A program made the translations under genes and the position numbers. From Endomicrobiales bacterium (GTDB taxonomy: Bacteria; Elusimicrobiota; Endomicrobiia; Endomicrobiales; JALOBY01): 64,000 nt of DNA. The DNA is taken from assembly GCA_963796955.1 (NCBI GenBank), contig CAWCNJ010000004.1:96001-160000 (forward strand), read 5' to 3'. The notes beneath the pieces were generated by a model that had not been told where the DNA came from, ran no database searches, and saw only the letters and a program-made list of their open reading frames with translations. This document shows, one piece after another, positions 21,201 through 31,800 of the stretch. The stretch's first letter is position 1, and the number at the start of each line of letters is the position of its first letter.

Positions 21201-24200
21201 CAGTTTTGCGTATACACGCGACTTTCGCCCGCCTGTTTCGGCCTGTGTGCGCCCGGCTAACGGTCAGTATTACAACAATTCAAGTAATTCGCTTGCCACG
21301 ATATCCGGCACTGTTTCTGATGCCGCTGTATCTGCCTATAATACCAGCGGCATAAAAGCCGTGCAACTGCGCATTTTGCGCACTAACGATAATTATTACT
21401 GGAACGGTTCGACTTGGACGCAGACCGGCGCGCCGAATGTATGGTTCAATGCAACAACTTTTACCCAGAGCTCTTGGACATACACAGTGACTTACCCGAC
21501 GGCGACGTGGGCAGATTATAAAACGTATCAGATGAATTCCCAGGCGATGGATAAAGAATCTAACTGGGAAACGAATTATTCGACTGTTACTTTCTATTAC
21601 GACGTAATTAATCCGACCTCGACGGTATTGTCTCCGGGTAATAATTCGTATATTAATACAGCGCCGGTTATAACTGGTTCCGCTTCGGATAACTGGACGT
21701 CTCCAACAAGCATAGCCAAAGTTGAGATCGAACTTATCCAAAGCCCCTCTACTCCTTTGTACTGGAATCCGACTAAACTTGGCGGAGCAGGCTGGGACGG
21801 CGGGGTTAGCTCATTTTGGATATTGTGTTCATCAACCAATGGCGGGGTTAACCCGGACAGGGCTTGGGATACCTGGGCGTACGATACCGTAGCTGCCGGT
21901 GTTACCTGGCCCATAGCCGCTTACCAATTTGTATCCAAAGTTACCGATAAAGCGGGCAATGTTCAGGTGGTTTATTCGACGGCGAACGTTACTTATGACA
22001 CTACAAAGCCTTCTGTGGCGATAACGGCGCCGAGCCCGGCGGCCGAGACCTGGCTTACGACGCCTCCGACGATACAGGGCACGGCGACCGATAATTACAT
22101 GGTCAACGCGACGTCCGGCGTGGATATCAGCGTTATAGATATCACCGACCAATACTACCCCGTTGCTCTGACAACGGGCTCGGCGGTGGACGGTTACTAC
22201 TGGACGCAGCTGTCCGGCGGAAGCGCTTCGGTGAACTGGTCTTACGCGCTGCCGGTAAGCAGCTGGACCGCAAACCATATTTATCAGATAGTAGCGCGCA
22301 GCCGCGATGGCGCCGGCAATGTTTCAACGTCATATTCAACGGCTACGTATGTGTATGATACCTATGCCGGATTGCCGAATGAGAAGCCTGATTCTACAGT
22401 TACTTTCCCTTCAAGCGGAAGCTATATATGTAATATAACGAACATAACGGGAACAGCGGTTGATAATTCCAATGGTATTGTCCAGACGGTGAAGTATTTT
22501 ATCAAGGATATGACGTCCAATAACTGGTACAGCAACTCTTCGCATGCCTTTGATCAGAGCGCTGAGACACCCAACAGCACCGCGCTGACACCGCCGCAGG
22601 CCTACAGCGCCGGTTGGACTTCAAATTTCACCGATTCGAATATACTGCAGGCCGGTCGCACGTACCGGGTTTATGCCCGGGCTACCGACAAAGCGGGCAA
22701 TGTGGAGGTTGTTTATTCTACGAATCCCTTCGTCTGGGATAATACGCTGCCTACCTCTTCCATAAGTTCTCCAAAGAACGGCGGTGTTGTAGGCACGGGT
22801 GTTGTGGTCGCCACCGGCACGTATAGTGACACGGGTTCCGGTATCTGGGTTTCCAGCGGTGCAGTGAAAATATTCCTCTACGATAAGGGCGGGCAGCAAT
22901 GGTACTACAACGGACAATGGAGGGGTGTTGCGCCTGCAAGTTACGACGCGCTGGATAATGCCCAGATATGGCCTTCGTCGTGGACATATACTTTGCCGGT
23001 GCTTACGAACTATACTAACAACAATTATATAATCGCTTCCATCGCGGGCGACTCCGCCCTGGATCAATCGCGCCCGGGAATGCCGGGTAACTATCAAAAT
23101 GGTACTGTTGTCGGCACATCTTCTAATACTTTTACCTGCGATAATACTGCTCCATCATCTAATATAGTTGTCCCTGGTACGGCGTTCCGCGATCAGCTGA
23201 CCACCATTACCGGCACTGCGCAAGATAATCCCATTGCAGCAAATGTCGCACGGGTTGACCTGGAAATTTGCTATCCCAGCGCCGGGCCTACGCAGGTTTG
23301 GAACGGCACCGCATGGACGGCATACTCGACATCATTTAGCACGTATGTCAGCGTAGCGGGCGGCAACCCAAACTGGACATATAATGTGCCGGCAAATATT
23401 AACTGGCTGGAAGGCGTGCAGTACCGTATTCGCAGCCGCGCGTTAGACACGGTCGGCAATCAGGAAGACCCGACGCTGAATACCACGCGCAATGTAATTT
23501 ATGACGTGTCTTTCCCTTCTTCAACAATTACGCTGATAAACAATGTTTCTACTGTAACTTACTACAACTCATTAACCACGTTGAGCGGTACTGCCGTGGA
23601 TCCACTGTCACCAACCTACGGCGGAATAAATGCGATAACTCTTTCAATTAAAAAAATTGATGCGCCCTTTCAAAATTATTGCTGGGACCCGGGTCTTACG
23701 GATTGGCGCACGGGGTATACCGACTACGGCGGCAACGGCCTTGCTATCAGCGCCGACCTTACGGCCGGCGGGTTTACCTGGAACAATGTTTCTAACGTTA
23801 CCTTCGCAACCGGCGGCGGAAAGTGGTCCGGCGGTGGTATGTTCGAGATCCGTACAGAAGCGGCCGACAGCGCTTTGCCTGGCAATAACGTGCCTCCAAA
23901 CGGCAACCGCGAAAAAGCCGGCGTCTACGCTAATTTGAACACAACAACGATCATTTACGACCCGGTTAACCCTGCCTCTCAGATAACCAACGCGCCGTTA
24001 AGCGGTTTTACCAGCAGTTATGCAAGTATCATCGGAACGGCATCGGATAACCGTGTTGTTGCGGGCGTAGGTGTTAGTATTTACGATGTAACAAACCAGA
24101 ATATCTGGAAGAATGGTACAGGCTGGGTTTCTCTTTTGCCAAATGCGCCGGTGCCGGCAGGCGCGCAATACTGGCAGGATGGAGGCTTTGCTGGTTATAG

Positions 24201-27200
24201 TTCCGGCACATTCTCTTATTCCTTCGCCTGGGCTAACACAATTCAGTACCGTATAATCAGCCGGGCTTATGACAAGGCAGGCAATTATGAGGCCGCGTTT
24301 ACAACTTACACCTTTACATACCAGCAATACATTGGCTCGCCGGAGTCGCCGGATTCGCTTGTAACTTCGCCAACTCCTAACCAAAATACGAACGGAATGC
24401 TGGCTTCCATCGCGGGTACTGCTACCGCCAGCGTCCGCAACCAGTTGGCCGGGGTATCGTTGATAATTACCAAACTGCCTAACACCTCGCTTGGCGAAAA
24501 TACTACATATTACTGGGATAAGACAGCTCAAAACTGGTCAATAACCTTCCCTGCCTCAAATAACTGGACGATCGCATCGGCAAACGATGGAACCTTTAAT
24601 TCCAATAGCGAGCCATGGAACTGGACACCGCCGCAATCGGGCCTTGCGGCTACAAACTTCTGGAACAGCGGGCATACTTACCTGGTGTTCTCGCAAGCTC
24701 AGGACGCAGCGCTGAACTATGAAGTGAACTGCACCACAGTTTCGTTCGTATATGAATTAGACCTGCCAACGGCGACTATAACGAGCCCGGCAAATAACGG
24801 CTACATCACCCAAACCGGAAAGGTTTCCGGTACATGCGCGGATATGGTTCCCGGCACTGTCGCAGATGTGCAAGTACGTATCAAAAACTTTGCCGGCCAA
24901 TACTGGAATACGTCGGGCCCAGGCTGGGGCGCTTCAACATGGAATTCCGTTGTTTCAAGCGGCACTCTCTCTGCCAATGCCACCTGGTGGCAGTTCGGCG
25001 CGACACCGTGGGCTTCGGCTGATGTTTATACTATAGAGGCGCGGGCTGTTGACAAAGCCGGCAACTATCAGGTGTTGTATTCAACTATGAGCAACGTAAA
25101 AGCAGATTTTGTGCCGCCAGCCTGCGTTATCACACAGCCGACGGACGGCCAATCTTATACCGACCTGCCGGTTATTTCTGGTACTGTTTACGATGCCTTC
25201 CCCGGCCAGCCAAACCACGTATACCTTCAGTTCCGCGCCCACGATATAGGGACTAACAATGATTCAAACCAGACAATAGGCGGCGGAGGCGGTGTGCCTC
25301 TTTCTGCCACATGGGATGCAGTTTCTAATACCTGGAAACCATATACCGTCCCCGGTACGGATTATTGGATACCCGTTTCGTCTATCACCATTATGCCCGG
25401 GTTCACTGGTTTTGCGACATGGTACTTTGATAATTCCATCGCCGTAAACGGCTGTAACGCTATATGGGGCGCGGCAGGTAACCAGAAGTGGATAGATGTT
25501 GTTGCCTACGCTGATGATGCTGCGGGCAATACGCCTGCGATCCCCGGTGTGCTTACAGATGGCACCGACTTTAAATATGGCGTTCCGGCGCCAGTAACAG
25601 CTATCGTTACCCCTGGTTATAACAACCCGTACCTGGAAACTAATATAGCATATGCCTCTATCAACGGTACTAAAACGCAGTACGCTACATCGGTGCTGGT
25701 ATCTATTAAGAACGAGCACACCGGTTATTACTGGTTAGGCTCTTCCTTCTCGGCTTCAGGTGTCACTCCCTTCTGGCTCAGCGCGGTTACCCCAACCCAG
25801 ACGAGTTGGAACTACCCGATCAGCGGCGCCGCCTGGGTGGATGGTTCTTCCTACACCGTTACTTCACGCGGTGTCGGCACTGGCGGCGATGTTATAAATC
25901 CGCAATCGAATACGTTCCTGTTCGATACCACTAACCCGAACTCCGCGGTAGTGTTGCCCGCCACTAACCTGTACTACAACAGCATGACAAATATAAACGG
26001 CACGGCCGTGGACGGCAACCCCGCCTCGGGCATGAAAGGCGATATTAATACTGTTCAGGTAGCCATCCGTACTTACAACAGCCCATATTATTTCTGGAAT
26101 GTTGTACAGTCTTCCTGGCAATATAACATTAATCCTACTCCTGACCCCGTAAATTATGATACTACCACGTTCAACAGCGGTACCGGCATCTGGAGCATAA
26201 ATATATCTTCTCAAATATGGATCGACGGCAAGCGCTATCGCGTATTTGTGCAATCGCAAGACATGGCAGGCAATAACCAGACCGTCCCGGCATTCAACGA
26301 TTTCTATTTTGATGCTTCAAGCCCCGCCGCCACTATCTCAACTCTTTCAAGTAACGGCGTCTATTCTTCGCTCGCCTCTATAACAGGTACGGCAACAGAT
26401 CCCGCGGGCGTGGGCGGCAACGCTGGTATTTTAGGAACGGTTGACCTGCAAATAATCTGGAACGGTACGATCCCTCAGTATTGGAATGGTGCGACAAATT
26501 CATGGAGCGGCAGCAATACCACCTGGTCTACGGCAACTGTTTCGGTCGCTAATATCGCTTCCTCTTCATGGACATTAACTAACCTTCCTATAGCCGCGCA
26601 GTGGACCCACAACGCTACTTATACCGTAATCTCGCGCGCTAAAGACCAGTCGTTGCCTTCACCGAACGCCCAGGGTAACTTTGGCGTGCCTACATCATCT
26701 ATGAACTTTGTCTGGGACAACCTGCCGCCTGTAACGTCTATAACCAGCCCGTCGGAAGGCGCTAAACTGAACCTGCCGGGCGGCACGCTGGTAATGCAGG
26801 GGCTTGCCTCGGATACCCCGGCCGGGTTATCTATTGGCAGCATTAAGCTGCAGCTGGCGTATCTACAGGGTTCCGATACTTATTATTGGGATGGTACGTC
26901 TGCCTGGTTCAAAAATGATCCCAGTAAGGAATTCTCGCCGAGCCTGTACGGCTATCCCAACTGGCAGTACAGCATGGCCGCGGCAATCTTATCTACGGAT
27001 CACGCGTACTTTGTGCGCATACGCGCCTCTGACAACGCGGTGCCGCCTAATCCGACGGCGTATCCTTCGTCCGCGAACACGAGCTACGTTAATTTCATTT
27101 ATGATAATACTCCGCCAAGCTCTCAGGTGGGTTTCCCGGTTGACGGGAATTATTACCGCAGCGCCTCGCTCGCGTCTCTGACCGGTACCGCCAACGGCGA

Positions 27201-28839
27201 CTTGTCGGGTATATCCCAGGTCCTTGTAGAGCTGCGCCACAGCGGCTCTGTTATAAGGGCGTTCGGTCCGGCGACAAAGAGCGGCGTGAACGGTACTATA
27301 ACATGGTCAACCTCAACGGTAGGCGTGCCATGGGCAAGCGGCGACCAATATACCCTGACAAGCGAAGCTGTTGACCTTGCAGGTTCAACCCAAACGGTTC
27401 CAAACGCCGTAACCTTCACGATAGACGATCAGCCGCCTGTTGTAACGCTGGTGCAGCCTACCACCGGATATTCCTACTGGAATACATTGGCATTTATTTC
27501 AGGCACCGTAGATGACTCTATATCCGGCCAGATATCCTCGGTTACGATCTCAGTGCAAAACCTTGATACCAGTTTATACTGGGATCCCGTGGCCCGCCTC
27601 TTTAATGGCGGTTCAGCGGTATATTCCACTACTACCATATCAGGCGGCTGGTGGATCTATAATGATTGTGTCAGTAAGTTCGCCGATAATAACCGCTACC
27701 GCGCTACTATCGTTGCTTATGACGGCCCCGGTAATTCCGCAACAACAACCGCGGATTTCATTTACATTGATACAACACCGCCCGTGTCCCAACTCTCTTT
27801 CCCGGGCCCTGCGTCCGGCAATTTCTATCAGGGTGTTAACACTATAACAGGAACCGCCACCGACTTTGGCGCCAGCGCCTCGCGTGTTGATCTTGTCCGC
27901 GTGGAGATAACCGATTCTGACGGAGCGTATTGGAACCCTGACGGGAATTTCTGGGATAACTCATCAGGCGAAGTGCCGATCGATATTCCCATAAATCCGA
28001 CCGCCCTCTCGCGCCCTTTCACCTGGGATTCTTCACAGGTAAGCTGGCTGGACGGCAGCGATTATGTTGTAACCGTCAAGGCCGCCGACCGGGCCCTTAA
28101 GTCCACTAATGACTCTTACCAGCAGTTCCAGGTTATTGCTACGACCGTTGGGTTCACTATTGACACAACCTCTCCCACCGCTGTGATCTTATTGCCTGAG
28201 CTTGGCCGCGCCTACACGGTGTTAAGCTCTCTATCCGGTACGGCAAACGATGATACCGGCGGCGTGAAAACAGTTCATGTTATATTGAAAAACGTTACGC
28301 TGGGCCAATATTGGAAGGGGGGCTCAACCTGGGTAACCGATGTTAATGACCCGGGCATTCGGGTCGCGGCTGGCGGCACCACTTCATGGTCCATCGCCCC
28401 GCCTACGCTTACCAACAGGCATAGTTACATGGTCTGGGTAGAGGCTGATGATCACGCGGGCAACGAACTTCAGGTCTCTAACACGGACATTGGCGCCAAT
28501 GCCGGAGGCTCAGGTTTTACGTATGATAACCAGGCGCCGGACTCGGTAGTGAATGCGCCCGTTAGCGGCGCGAACCTTAACGCCCCAATTTCAGCGATCG
28601 CTGGAACGGTGATCGACTATACGAACGGCTCGGGTGTTTATGAAACACGCCTGAATATCCGCCGCACCAGCAATAACGGCGTTACCTGGCAGTATTGGAA
28701 CGGCGCCGACTGGCAGGGCGGCGATCCCAATTACCCTATGAGCATTGTGCCAACGGTCAATGACGGGGCTAACCAGCTTTACGACTGGACAAAAGCTTTT
28801 GGCGCCTGGAACGATAATTACCTTACCAGTTCTATGTGA
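18232..28839 (+). CDS. Giant protein segment 1: signal peptide, double beta-propeller-like head, class A Ig-like repeats
   Basis: 3535-aa ORF; WNGxxW and FDVxY head motifs to ~21220, then D.T.P.S...ISGTA.D...YWNG..W...RA.DxAGN repeats. Confidence 0.85.
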   Translation: MNLLGRNKPFSIIVSLSALMGVVLCLAFDVKTANAAATYNTEGTLLYGGGDVRPSYRNWNGSGWDVEQKAPAYADSTVNEKGVVTFTVVKDAPAWMANIDPTRVGEKVMITEDSMCRLVAQVWDPVALKWGDSKVLLGQGVTNPGMDNTGRNNLAAGQYRFFDVAYSSGIVVVVAAHPQNTSNTNNLLYWTYDGNTWDTTGTSLGSAASNTIRWVRMETNPLFSNCTNMALVTLDAGRNYTGRVGYDSKADVWAATDNFGAAVCTNNWSNYFSVYDIAFDSSGVMRAFFNNNATGVVQRYWNPVNRTWNAGTGWAIANTPYSIQAVPQPNGMKMGIMVWQNATNMSYSIWNGVSYLNPADPYDATANNVSNQVWTNHGCSGDWTCNASSFTIAYLGRPAINMQPLRVVTWNGAGWDPAAAGNQVSTAIDNDSTGFDNIVVRSTDSACKGSAVQILLTSRDQFLGNGTSNNRREARLYSMTYDAKTASFSNQQILTRAITADNYQPFTVSRSNGAPSMLVYNEYTSRPNARKYNGTTILTESNLTELNTGAIKHVVIRSSPKRDEKVAAMMDIDGVLTLHVWNGSSWGNAYKVPYDYSGENSSDYNHFRNFDVSYERSSGRAIVVFSVPGSNNPRYMIWTPNGSGSGSWSDPTADVPGSSGDVGFGFATPAIWVRSDSNPNPNSSESVFIFVDKNNGPDLWAVNWSGANFGTPMKLQTTIDRLNGTWPSWQNFEVKYEAQYPYRALVAWTRNAANRDQINYALWESTPTTPIWISPNSPTGGTLGRDCGSATTDRIAGIRLAADPSSNRIAIGVADYTNQRLYVDYWNGNTSSWNNAENTDLFSSLGITALLYDTQSNAGTTKTPFDIAWESGGNRIVVLAGNSGTGVTVNNNLMWAHWVSGTGWTVGALANSCDPKGQAHNVHAYPDPYSDDITWVVANTRGYLLHYDWAGTPFGGVTLPDYWASSISNAYMDPTVATQNQLYNARFEPFSFAYTRDFRPPVSACVRPANGQYYNNSSNSLATISGTVSDAAVSAYNTSGIKAVQLRILRTNDNYYWNGSTWTQTGAPNVWFNATTFTQSSWTYTVTYPTATWADYKTYQMNSQAMDKESNWETNYSTVTFYYDVINPTSTVLSPGNNSYINTAPVITGSASDNWTSPTSIAKVEIELIQSPSTPLYWNPTKLGGAGWDGGVSSFWILCSSTNGGVNPDRAWDTWAYDTVAAGVTWPIAAYQFVSKVTDKAGNVQVVYSTANVTYDTTKPSVAITAPSPAAETWLTTPPTIQGTATDNYMVNATSGVDISVIDITDQYYPVALTTGSAVDGYYWTQLSGGSASVNWSYALPVSSWTANHIYQIVARSRDGAGNVSTSYSTATYVYDTYAGLPNEKPDSTVTFPSSGSYICNITNITGTAVDNSNGIVQTVKYFIKDMTSNNWYSNSSHAFDQSAETPNSTALTPPQAYSAGWTSNFTDSNILQAGRTYRVYARATDKAGNVEVVYSTNPFVWDNTLPTSSISSPKNGGVVGTGVVVATGTYSDTGSGIWVSSGAVKIFLYDKGGQQWYYNGQWRGVAPASYDALDNAQIWPSSWTYTLPVLTNYTNNNYIIASIAGDSALDQSRPGMPGNYQNGTVVGTSSNTFTCDNTAPSSNIVVPGTAFRDQLTTITGTAQDNPIAANVARVDLEICYPSAGPTQVWNGTAWTAYSTSFSTYVSVAGGNPNWTYNVPANINWLEGVQYRIRSRALDTVGNQEDPTLNTTRNVIYDVSFPSSTITLINNVSTVTYYNSLTTLSGTAVDPLSPTYGGINAITLSIKKIDAPFQNYCWDPGLTDWRTGYTDYGGNGLAISADLTAGGFTWNNVSNVTFATGGGKWSGGGMFEIRTEAADSALPGNNVPPNGNREKAGVYANLNTTTIIYDPVNPASQITNAPLSGFTSSYASIIGTASDNRVVAGVGVSIYDVTNQNIWKNGTGWVSLLPNAPVPAGAQYWQDGGFAGYSSGTFSYSFAWANTIQYRIISRAYDKAGNYEAAFTTYTFTYQQYIGSPESPDSLVTSPTPNQNTNGMLASIAGTATASVRNQLAGVSLIITKLPNTSLGENTTYYWDKTAQNWSITFPASNNWTIASANDGTFNSNSEPWNWTPPQSGLAATNFWNSGHTYLVFSQAQDAALNYEVNCTTVSFVYELDLPTATITSPANNGYITQTGKVSGTCADMVPGTVADVQVRIKNFAGQYWNTSGPGWGASTWNSVVSSGTLSANATWWQFGATPWASADVYTIEARAVDKAGNYQVLYSTMSNVKADFVPPACVITQPTDGQSYTDLPVISGTVYDAFPGQPNHVYLQFRAHDIGTNNDSNQTIGGGGGVPLSATWDAVSNTWKPYTVPGTDYWIPVSSITIMPGFTGFATWYFDNSIAVNGCNAIWGAAGNQKWIDVVAYADDAAGNTPAIPGVLTDGTDFKYGVPAPVTAIVTPGYNNPYLETNIAYASINGTKTQYATSVLVSIKNEHTGYYWLGSSFSASGVTPFWLSAVTPTQTSWNYPISGAAWVDGSSYTVTSRGVGTGGDVINPQSNTFLFDTTNPNSAVVLPATNLYYNSMTNINGTAVDGNPASGMKGDINTVQVAIRTYNSPYYFWNVVQSSWQYNINPTPDPVNYDTTTFNSGTGIWSINISSQIWIDGKRYRVFVQSQDMAGNNQTVPAFNDFYFDASSPAATISTLSSNGVYSSLASITGTATDPAGVGGNAGILGTVDLQIIWNGTIPQYWNGATNSWSGSNTTWSTATVSVANIASSSWTLTNLPIAAQWTHNATYTVISRAKDQSLPSPNAQGNFGVPTSSMNFVWDNLPPVTSITSPSEGAKLNLPGGTLVMQGLASDTPAGLSIGSIKLQLAYLQGSDTYYWDGTSAWFKNDPSKEFSPSLYGYPNWQYSMAAAILSTDHAYFVRIRASDNAVPPNPTAYPSSANTSYVNFIYDNTPPSSQVGFPVDGNYYRSASLASLTGTANGDLSGISQVLVELRHSGSVIRAFGPATKSGVNGTITWSTSTVGVPWASGDQYTLTSEAVDLAGSTQTVPNAVTFTIDDQPPVVTLVQPTTGYSYWNTLAFISGTVDDSISGQISSVTISVQNLDTSLYWDPVARLFNGGSAVYSTTTISGGWWIYNDCVSKFADNNRYRATIVAYDGPGNSATTTADFIYIDTTPPVSQLSFPGPASGNFYQGVNTITGTATDFGASASRVDLVRVEITDSDGAYWNPDGNFWDNSSGEVPIDIPINPTALSRPFTWDSSQVSWLDGSDYVVTVKAADRALKSTNDSYQQFQVIATTVGFTIDTTSPTAVILLPELGRAYTVLSSLSGTANDDTGGVKTVHVILKNVTLGQYWKGGSTWVTDVNDPGIRVAAGGTTSWSIAPPTLTNRHSYMVWVEADDHAGNELQVSNTDIGANAGGSGFTYDNQAPDSVVNAPVSGANLNAPISAIAGTVIDYTNGSGVYETRLNIRRTSNNGVTWQYWNGADWQGGDPNYPMSIVPTVNDGANQLYDWTKAFGAWNDNYLTSSM

Positions 28840-31800
28840 AGTCTCGTGACGCGGCTTATAGCGACCATGCTCGCAACTCCGAACTGGGGCGCGCCAATAA
28901 TGTCGTCTGCAACCTATGATACAACGCGCCCGACATCCTTGGTTACCTTCCCGCCGCTGGCCGGTTCCACGTATGCCGGCGCTATTACAACTATTTCGGG
29001 TACCGCCAATGACGCTAACGCTATGGCCAGCAAACTTAACAAAGTTGATGTGGCCATAATGCGGGTAAGCGACGGGCAGTGGTGGGGCGGCTGGTCAAAT
29101 ATGAACTGGACCGTTTCCGCGGCTCCCGTGTTCTCTACAGCTACGATCTATGCTTCATACGTCTCATCGGCACAATGGAGTTACAGTACCAATCCTTCCA
29201 TGTGGAACGATACTACCAGCTACTGGATAATATCGCGCGCCAAAGATAACGCCGCTAATTTTGAGACAGGCTGGAGCACGGCTGTATTTACCTGCGACAC
29301 AACGCCGCCAACTTCTGTCGTTGTTAACCCGCTTAACGACCCTTCCGGCCTTGCCCCGGTTGACACTCTTGCCCAGCTGTCCGGCACCGCGGCTGATGCT
29401 ACGCCCGGCAGCATTAAACGCGTCCGCATAATGGTTTTCTGTCCCGACCAGAACCCGGTGCCGGCAAATGCCAATAACAGGTATTGGACGCTTGCTTCCG
29501 GTGTGGTCGGCAACTCCACAAATTGGTCTACCACCCCTACGTGGCTGGATGTTTCTTATGCGGCCGGTAACTGGACTTTTGATTCAACCGGCATAGCCTG
29601 GGACGCCAAAGAAACGCCTGGTTACAAATACCAGGTATGGTCGTTGGCGGAAGATATGGCCGGCAACACGCAGGTTCTGGCCTCCACCCACACCTATTGG
29701 TACGCGGCCCCGCTGCCCCAGACAACGGTTACCAACCCGGCAAATAACGGCTATTACCGCATGGACGCGACAAACAATTTTTACGGAACCTCTAACCAAT
29801 ATACAAAGATCGCTCAGGGCGGCGTAAAGATACTTATCAGCTCTGCTCCCGGTTATTCAACCTCGTGGGATGAAGCCAGCAAGCAGTGGGTAGCAGGCGC
29901 GAACTGGATGAACACAGGCTTTAGCGAAGGCAACCCGGGTTCGTGGTCTTTGAACATTTCTTCCACCGCCTGGGTGGACGGCGGCCTTTACCGCGTGAAC
30001 TCAAAGGGATATGGTCCGGCCGGTGTTGAGGTCTCGCCAAAAGATGTGAACTTCACCATTGACCGCACCAATCCCTCTGCCGCGATAGTTCTCCCGGCCA
30101 ACAACGGCCATTTCCAGACGCTGGCTACCATCAGCGGAACATCAGCCGATACGGTGCCGGGCCTTATCTATAATGTGTTGATCCAAATCAAAAAAACTGT
30201 AAATTTTACTGATGATTATTACTTTAACGGCTCCAGCTGGCAGTTGGGTGTTTCTACATGGGTAGTTGCAACGCCTACAGACGGCCAGTTCAATTCCGCG
30301 GCCGAGAACTGGAAGTATGATATCGCCTACCCTACCGCCTGCTGGAAAGACGAACAGGCGTATGTTATTAAAGTGCAGGCATATGACAAATCTTATCCTG
30401 CCAACGTTTTTGCAACACCGGACACCAACATTGTTATAGACCGTACGCCGCCCGTCAGCGGGCTGACCTACCCCAATGCGCTGATCCATAATTCCATACC
30501 GACCATTTCCGGTACAGCTTCTGATACCGCGCCGGGCCAGGTATACAGTATCGGTATGAAGATAACCAACACCGACCTTACCAGATACTGGAGCGGCAGT
30601 TCCTGGGGTATTTCCAACAGCTTCAAGTCCTCTTCCCTGGACGGCAACTTTACCACGTATTTTGTTGTGAACCCCGGCACCTGGACCTATACGAACGTTA
30701 CCTGGGAATCGGGTTACCAATACAACATTCAAACGAGCGCGTTGGACCGGGCCGGCAACGGCGAAACGGCAGGCGCCGGCTGGACGTTCATATATGATAA
30801 CGAGCCTCCTGTTTCACGCGTGGTATTGCCAACGGAAGGTTCCAAGGCCCACTCTATCGCGGTCATCCAGGGTACTGCCGACGATCTGACCGTTAACACG
30901 CATGTTACCGGTGTTTCTACGACAACAGCCGTGGGAGACGGCGTTAACATCGGCTTACGTTCCGTATCCACCGGGAAATATTACTCCGGCGGTGGGGTAT
31001 GGAATGATACCAGTTTCAAGCCGTTCATCACCTATTATTCCTCAACCACCAAGATCTGGCAGGCGGACCCCGCTGAACTGCAAACATTCACCGCCGACAA
31101 TAACCCCGCGGACGGCGATTATCAAATAATCTCCCGGGCCCGCGATAATGCCGGGAACCTTGAAGTGGTCTACTCGACCCGTACCTTCACCTGGGACCGC
31201 ACCAAACCTGTGTCGTTCGTAACCTCGCCGGCATCGGGCACGTTCGTTAACACCATTACGCAGATAACGGGTACCGCCCAGGATGTTACCTCGGGCCTCA
31301 GCCGCGTCGCCCTTGAATTTACCTTTAATAACGGTGGCCTGGATTATTACTGGACGGGTTCCAGCTGGACACTGGATATAACAGACCTGATAGCGCCGAT
31401 GGCCGGTGAAGTAAGTGTCAGCACCTGGACGATCGCCATAACGACCGGCCTTGCCCACGGCGTCACTTATTCCGCGCATTCGGCGGCGGTTGACGCAGCA
31501 GGCAACGTTGAGTCGGCGGTGCGCACGATCAATTTCATCTGCGACCGCGTCGGGCCTACCCTTGCTATTTCATCTCCTTCGGCGAACGGCTATTACAGCC
31601 CAGCCAATCCTCTTACGTTCATTAAAGGCACGGCAGCCGACACGCCGGCGGGTCTGTTACGGACCGATATCAAACTGATAGATGTTACCGACAATCAGGT
31701 TTGGGACGGGGCGGGCTGGCAGGTTTATTACGATACCTGGATGCCGACGTCGGGCACCGGCTCGTGGCAGTTTGTGACGCCGGCCCTGGTGCCTAACCGC

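Noticed and set aside
28837..28846. In-frame TGA between segments 1 and 2 as stop-codon readthrough or recoding
   Set aside because: The alternative frame YQFYVKSRDAA fits the repeat consensus, so compensating indels explain it better. TGA is used as a normal stop elsewhere (hipA, HEAT gene) and Trp is TGG.
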